A stretch of DNA of 64,000 nucleotides, taken from the NCBI RefSeq assembly GCF_009914755.1, contig NC_060927.1. One strand, 5' to 3'. The notes under the pieces are model-generated. The model had not been told where the DNA came from. It was given only the letters and a program-made list of their open reading frames with translations, and did no database searches. Shown piece by piece: positions 55,907 to 64,000 of this stretch; position 1 is the first letter of the stretch, and the number at the start of each line of letters is the position of its first letter. This DNA is from the human T2T-CHM13v2.0 reference genome, Homo sapiens. The position numbers and the translations under genes were made by a program.

Positions 55907-58339
55907 TAAACTAGAAGAAATGAATGAGAAATAAGTTTAAGATTCTATAGCATTGGAAAATGGCACGATGTTATTTTTCACATCCTAATGCAAACATGGT
56001 TAGCATATTTGCAATTAGATCTTTTATGTTCTTAATCAATAGTTTTTATGAATGAATGCTTTATTTTTATTCACAATATTTAAAAAGACAAAGCTTTAAA
56101 AATATTTTGTATGATGAAGGTTTTTCTATTTAAAAAAATCATACTACCTAGACATTCTTGGTGGGTCAAGAATTGGGAGGGTTTTTTTTTTTTTTTACTT
56201 TTTTTTTTTTTTTTTTTAGATAATTCCCTGTTTAAAACAAGGTTGATGAGATGATGAGGCACATTAAAATGAAGGCTGCAATCAGCTGTAATGGAAGAGG
56301 GCTTTTCTCTTTGCCACCCTGACTGATACAGTTAATGTGTGCATCTATGACCTTGACAATTTTCAACAAACGTACTTGAAGTAAAGAGAACTATACTTCG
56401 GGCAAAATATTATAGCAATCAAAACCTTTGGTGGTTAAATTGACTAAAAATATTGGCCCATTATTCAATTTATTTTATTTCTGTTAGTAATAGCCTTGGT
56501 TGACAGAGAGATTACTGGGTGCTTTCACTGAAATGCATGGACAGAATTCAAGTTTAAAGAAAGTAATCCACTCCTGATTTTTTATGTATGTCATATCATT
56601 AAAATGACAAGCCTCTGTGTTGTTTGTTAGTTGTTCATTTACCTGTAGAAAGGTAGGCTACAGAGATGACACTTAAAATACATAAATGAAAAATTATTTT
56701 AAAATGGAGTAATTTTCACTCTATTTCAAGCACACATGCAGACAGACCTGAATATCCACTAAAATGTGTAAATTCTCACATTTAAAAATTGAACTTTTTC
56801 CTCTGTGAGAAGCTCTCAGGAAGATGAACATTCCTATAATTGAAATTATCATGTGCATTCTGACCCTAATTGGGCAAGTTTTATATTAGGTTCACACCAC
56901 GCAATCATGGAAGCAATTATGAGCACTTGTCCTGGGGCTGCCATAGCCCAGGTGCTGCTGTCTGATTGTCATTTAGTAATTACCTTGGTACTTCCCAACT
57001 ACTCCTTAGCATCAGTTAAGTGATGCAACATACTTCAAGTAAGTGAAGTCTTCTTAGAAGTACAAGTAAATACTTAATGATTTAGTTTGCTGCTTTACAT
57101 AGGTGCTGTCTGTTCATCTGGAATGTGCAGATGTATCATGAAAATTAGCTTCTGAAAGACCTGCACAGAAGTCAAATTAGAGATATAATTTTTGCAAATA
57201 GCCACAGAGTGTCTTTTGAAATATGGAAAAATACCTTAAATAAAAGTGATGATTGAGGCATTGCCAACTTTAGGATTTTTTAAGTCTTTGAAGTCTGACT
57301 ATGCAGAACAGATTGTAAATCTCTGGCCCATTACACACCTGCGGAGATTTTGGTGTTTTATTTCTCTTGGGTGAAACTGCAGAAGCCCAAACCATGTTAA
57401 TCACTGTCAGAAGCAGTTGTATAAAATGCCAAAATGCAGTGAACCAAGTGTTTTATAATAAATATGACAATGCAGTCAGAATGTTGTTTTGTGAGGCTTG
57501 TTATTTGTGGTAATTTTTCATTTATAATCTTTGAAAGGAGAGATTTTTAAGGCTTTTATCAGAAAAAATTTAACCACAGGGGAGAAGTCACAATATTGCA
57601 TAAATAAGACTCTAAGTGCTTGTATAATAATTAACATGAACAAAATTAATAAACTAACTTTCTAGTAGCATTTGTTTTAAATGACTTGAAATACCTGTTT
57701 TTTAAGAAACAATTTTAATATTAATGCCGAAATCTAAAATACTAAATCTGTCACTCAATGAATGACATATAATTTTTAATTAATATTCTCACTGTATAAT
57801 TTTATGTCAATCTTTTATGTTTCTTTGTATTCATTACTGAATATTTGATTTTTACCAAATAGCATATATAATGATAGAGGTATGAAGAAAATAGTTTTAA
57901 TCTTCTATTAGTGCTCTTATTTGAAATGAACATTGAATCAACTAAATTAAAAATTATTAGTTAACACAGCTATGTCATTGGCTTTTTCTTGCATAGTGTT
58001 CTGAAATGTATTTTAACTGATTTCTCAAATAAATATTTCTCAAATATTTCTGTGTCAAAGAATAAAAACATACCATAAATTGATGTGTCCAATTAATTAT
58101 CGGTTTTGATATATAATATCAAAATTGATAATATATTTTAATATTCATATACCCTCTGATGAAATAATTTTAGTAGCATGTTATTTGAAAAACCATTAAT
58201 ATAAATCTAAACTTATATAAACCTAAGTCAACATTTATTTATTGCTAACCAACACACAAGTAAAATGTCTTTTTCAGTTCCATAAATATTTATTTTGTAC
58301 CTATCTGACACTACTGTTAAATACAGAAGGAATGCAAAC

Positions 58340-58600
58340 GAAATAGAATCCAGCCTCCTGGGCTACAGAATTTTACTTAGAAATGCAATAATACCAAGGC
58401 TAGATAAATCACCCTCTCTATGTGCTTCCACAATATTAAGACATTATTTTGCAATTGCCGTTCACTGCTTGGAGTCTTAAGATCAAAAAGTCCTTGAGTG
58501 GTGACCATGTGTATTTCCCATTATATTATTCATTCCCAGGAAAATGCCTGACACAAAATAAGAGGTCATTAAATATTTACTTAATGGGTTAATTAAATGC
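58340..58600 (+). mobile_element. L2 3' end
   Basis: aagtccttgagtggtgaccatgtg...aatgcctgacacaaaataagaggtcattaaatatttacttaatg. Confidence 0.6.
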
Positions 58601-58814
58601 TTAAGTGCTATGGAAATTAGAAAAAGAATTGACATAATATGAAGTGCTTCCCGTATATATTTCTAAAGTCAGCACCGTACAGGCATACAATGCTACTATT
58701 GCCTACTTTTGCCCATTTTCATCCCTATGACTTGAAATGAAAAGGAGTGATGCCAAAATAAAAGTAATATACCTGTCTTTGTTCACCATCATCATGTGTT
58801 CAAAGTTTCTAGTA

Positions 58815-58860
58815 CATATATATATATACATATATATGTGTGTGTGTGTGTGTGTGTGTA
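58815..58860. repeat. (TA)n(TG)n microsatellite
   Basis: Direct read of the sequence. Confidence 0.95.
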
Positions 58861-59838
58861 CCACATAATTAGACACGCAGATACAGCTGAGAATCAGGAA
58901 TCTGCAGTTAGAGATGACTTGAAACTGACAATATGACCTTCTCAAAAGTATGGTAAGAATTGGAATAGTATATTCTCATTTCAATCTTGGGGGATGTTTA
59001 GACTACAACGTAGAAGAAATAACTGAAGAAAAAACACTAATTTATTACACACAAAAATTAATTTTGGTACTTTTTATGGCCCCTTAGCAAAGATATCTTT
59101 CCAATAATTTTTCCAGTTACCAAGGCTATTATTAATTGAATTTTGTGTTTGACCAGAGCCCTTGAATACTTATAACTTTTCAGTTTCAAGGCTCTGGATG
59201 ATACATCACTAACTATTGTTCAACCTTGATAGAGAGACATTGTATCCTTCACAGACCACTACCTTCTGATGATCTAATTTTATCTTCAACAATAGTTACA
59301 AGAAAAAGCAAAAAATGACAGTGTTGAAAGTGGTGTTTTAGCCATTATACACGTAAATGATTAGAGGGGAGTGGGCTAAGCATTGCGTGGGCCAATATTA
59401 TTTCCAGATATTTCATTGCAGTCAATTCTTAATTTTTCCATGGTAATAGCATAAGCAGTTGGTATCAGAGAGAGGAGATGATGAGGTTGATGAGATTCAT
59501 ATGTGTGTATATATATACATGAATATTAATATATATTAATATATACCTGAATATATATATACCTGAATATATATATATACCTGAAAAAGTATCAAGCAAT
59601 GTAAAACCTAGATTTATTTACCCTTCTTCACATATTTTAAAACACAAATATCTTCTAGAAATGTAAGTTTTAAAAAATTACTGTATGTCTCTCTTCAGGC
59701 ATAATAATATATTTTATCCTGGCAGGAAAAATAATACGTTTCTAACTATTTTTGTGTAACATTTAAATGTAAACAGAAGAATAGAAAAGAGAATGTCATC
59801 ACTCATTGTTTGCTCCCCATTTAAACACAACTAATTGT

Positions 59839-59878
59839 ACCCTATTCTGTCTCATTGCACCCTATTCTGTCTCATTGC
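59839..59878. repeat. Perfect 20-bp tandem duplication
   Basis: accctattctgtctcattgc occurs twice in tandem. Confidence 0.97.
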
Positions 59879-60487
59879 TTACATTATCCACTGGTTGAGG
59901 ATGTAGTACAATCCCTATTGCCAGTCCAACTCCATCAGGATAAAGAGACTAGGCCAAAATCAGATGACTGTTGTACTTTATCTTGGAGAAAATTAAAAAA
60001 TCTAATGTAAAGAAATAGCATTTCCAGAAGTGATTTCTTTCTTCTTATGTCTTCCTTCTAAAACGTTTACTGGTAATGAGTTCTTGTTAAGATTAAATAC
60101 ATTATTGGAGGAATTAAGAATTCCTTTAAAATCTTATTTCCAATTAAACAGTAACTTATTGCAGTGAAATTCTGTATATAATAAATAAGGGTAAGATTTT
60201 CAAGGATTAATGATGGCGAATTGTACCACAGTGCTCATGTAGTTTTTATTAAAACAGTATTTTTGCACACACAATCATGCATCACATAACATTTCAGTCA
60301 ATGACATATCATGACTACATATATGATGGTGGTCCCAGAAGATTATAATGAGGCCCGGTGCAGTGGCTCACGCCTGTAATCCCAAAAGTTCAGGAGACCG
60401 AGTTGGGCGGATCACCTGAGGTCAGGAGTTTGAGACCAGCTTGGCCAACATGGCGAAACCCCATCTCTACTGAAAATACAAAATTTC

Positions 60488-61452
<965 letters not shown>

Positions 61453-62624
61453 CTAAAATATAATGGAGCTAAAAAATTCCTATTGCCTAGTGCTGTCATA
61501 CCTGTCATAAAGTAATAGCACAATGCATTACTCACATGTTTGTGTTGATGCCAATGAAAACAAACCTACTGTGTCTGCAGTTATATAAAGTATGGCATAT
61601 ACAATTATGTACAGTGCATAGGACTTGGTGATGATAGTAAACAACTATGTTATTGGTTATGTATTTACTATACTATGCTTCTAATCATTATTTTTGAATG
61701 TATTTCTTCTACTTATAACATTAATTACTGTAAAACAGCCTGAGGCAGGGCCTTCAGGAGGTGTTCCAGAAGAAGAGATTGTTATCATAGAAGATAACAG
61801 CCCCATGCATGTTATTGCCCCTGAAGACTTTCCACTGGGACAAAATATGGAGTTAGAAAGAAGTGATGCTGATGATGTCGACCCTGCAGAGAACTGGGCT
61901 AACGTGTGTGTTTGTGTCTTTGTTTTTAACAAAAGAGTTTAAAAAATCAAAACAAAATGAAACAAAAATTGTCGATAGAAATAAGCTTACAGAATAAGAA
62001 TTTTTTTAAAAAAGTTTTGTATTTTATACAGGTGTATAACGTGTTGTGTTATAAGTAAAATGGTAGAAAAAAGTCAAAAAAATTCTAAAAGCATAAAAAG
62101 TTTATAAAGTAAAAACGTTACAATCAGCTAAGATTAATTTATTATTAAAGATAGAAAATTTTTTATATAAATTTAGTGTAACCTAAGTTTACACTGTTTC
62201 TAAAGTCTACAGAAGCATACCATAATGTCCAAGTTCTTCACATTCACTCACCACTCAGTCACTGACACACCCAGAGAAGCTTCCAGTCCTGCAAACACTA
62301 TTTGTGGCAAGTCAGTACTCTACAGAGGTACAATTTTTAATCCATTGCACTATATTTTCACTGTACCTCTTCTATGTTTACATATGTTTAGATACACAAA
62401 TACCATTGTGCTGCAACTACCTACAGCAGTCAGTGCAATAACATTCTGTACATGTTTGTACCCTAAGAGTAATAGGTTACACCATACAGCCTAGGTGTGC
62501 AGTAGGCTATACCATCTAGGCTTAGGTAAGTACACTCTATGGTCTTTACACAAGAACAAGAACAAAGGTGCTTAAGTATGCAATTTTCAGAACCTATCTT
62601 CATCATAATATTAAGCCACACATC

Positions 62625-62626
<2 letters not shown>

Positions 62627-62657
<31 letters not shown>

Positions 62658-62663
62658 ATGGGG

Positions 62664-62729
<66 letters not shown>
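62627..62729. repeat. Compound (TG)n/(TA)n microsatellite
   Basis: Direct read of the sequence. Confidence 0.95.
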
Positions 62730-62732
<3 letters not shown>

Positions 62733-62926
62733 CTTACAAGTGGATTTTTTTAACCAAACCTGGATCTAAAATACAGTATTTACAGGATGCCAAATCTGCA
62801 TATATGGAAGGCTAACTTTTTGTATACTTGGGTTCCAGAGGGCTGACTGCAGAATTTGAGTCTGATTTTGGTATGAGTTATGGAGTCCTGGAACCCATCC
62901 CTCCTGTATACTGTGAAGGAGAACTG
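62730..62926 (-). mobile_element. MER8 (Tigger-derived MITE), truncated
   Basis: aaaatacagtatttacaggatgc...gggttccagagggctgactgc...gattttggtat...gtcctggaacccatccctcctgtatac...aactg-ta. Confidence 0.8.
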
Positions 62927-63330
62927 TATATGTAAAAACTTAGACTTGGTAGATCTTGTGAAAATGTAAACATATTTGTTCAACTAAGTTTTTTGTTCTC
63001 TCTGTCTCCTCTAATCTGTGGAGATATGAAATAATATTATTTTAAAGAGGCATAGAAAAGTGCCTAGATAATCTGCTGACTTTATTACATCGGTGTTTGA
63101 CAAACTGCTCAAGTGTCCTTTTGCTGAAGAAAAATTGGTGCCATAAAGTAGTCCTAAAGAAAATCACCACTGAAACCCTCCAAGATATTTAAGAAAAATT
63201 TGATTTTAAATGAACCCAAATATATTTTGACAATATACACCTCATGAATGGAAAGAAGTGTTTTTAATTAAAAAACAGTAAAATCAGAAGGATTAAGAGA
63301 ATATATGTTTGTCCAAAAGGAATGTCAAAA
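62891..63330 (+). repeat. Local dispersed duplication, donor copy
   Basis: Matches 60592-61037 and is continuous with the MER8 upstream. Confidence 0.97.
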
Positions 63331-63352
63331 GCAAAGATGTCTAGATGAAATT

Positions 63353-63484
63353 TATATATATATATATGTGTGTGTGTGTATATATATATGTGTGTGTGTG
63401 TATATAGATATATGTATATGTATATATATGTATATATGTGTGTATATATGTATATATGTGTATATATGTGTATATATGTATATA
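63353..63484. repeat. (TA)/(TG) low-complexity repeat
   Basis: Alternating purine-pyrimidine tract of about 130 bp. Confidence 0.95.
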
Positions 63485-63674
63485 AATGAGATCAAAATGT
63501 ATGAATTTTATTTATATATTCCTTATAGTTATCCACACCCAATTTACAAGGTCATCTAGAAACAATTTTAACTAGGTAGAGGGCAATTAATTTAGACTGT
63601 GTTATACCCCTCTGGCCCACATTTATGATGTTCAGATATTTTGGGTCCTAATACTAGAAATTCAGTATTTTGCT

Positions 63675-64000
63675 TGTATTAGTCTCTTTTCATACTGCTA
63701 TGAAAAAATACCCAAGACTGGGTAATTTATAAAGAAAAGAGATTTAATGAACTCACAGTTTCACATGACTGGGGAGGCCTCAAAATCATGGCAGAAGGTA
63801 AAGGAGGAGCAAAGGCATGTCTTACACGGTGGAAGGGAAGACTGCGTGTGCAGGGGAATTGCCCTTCATAAAACCATCAGAACTCATGAGACTTATTTAC
63901 TATCATGAGAACAGCATGGGAGAAACCTACCCCCATGATTCTATTACCTCACACCAGGTCTCTCCCGTGGACACATGGGGATTATGGGAGCTGCAATTCA
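63675..64000 (-). mobile_element. THE1 (C/D-like) MaLR LTR, runs off the window end
   Basis: tgtattagtc...atacccaagactgggtaatttataaagaaaagag...ggggaggcctcaaaatcatggcagaagg...aaaaccatcagaactcatgagac...ggggattatgggagct. Confidence 0.93.

Noticed and set aside
61694-61942. Protein-like acidic ORF (KQPEAGPSGGVPEEEIVIIEDN...)
   Set aside because: It lies inside the Tigger3 fossil and has a non-ATG start. It is at most a decayed transposon remnant.

Overview
This is AT-rich, CpG-poor primate (human or great-ape-like) genomic DNA, typical of a gene desert or very large intron. I find no supportable protein-coding gene, RNA gene, CpG island or CRISPR array. The ORF-track entries are Alu-, L1-, Tigger- or microsatellite-derived, or chance ORFs. 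Recognisable content is interspersed repeats: about 15 Alu/FRAM/FAM copies, L1PA/L1M fragments, L2, MIR, three MER20, MER8, Tigger3, and MaLR/ERV LTRs, plus microsatellites. Subfamily calls are from memory of consensus sequences and need RepeatMasker/Dfam confirmation. The most interesting structure is a set of fossil DNA-repair scars. (1) A ~440-bp copy of 62891-63330 sits inside an AluSp at 60592-61037, itself nested in another Alu inside Tigger3. (2) A copy of 20739-20903 at 22397-22580 replaces part of an L1 and carries an expanded perfect palindrome with both orientations of the hairpin loop. (3) A FAM fragment and an L1PA ORF2 fragment lack tails and target-site duplications (TSDs), as expected for non-TPRT capture. 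(4) Several perfect hairpins and short tandem duplications occur. These fit microhomology/template-switch repair. I do not see evidence of a new gene system.
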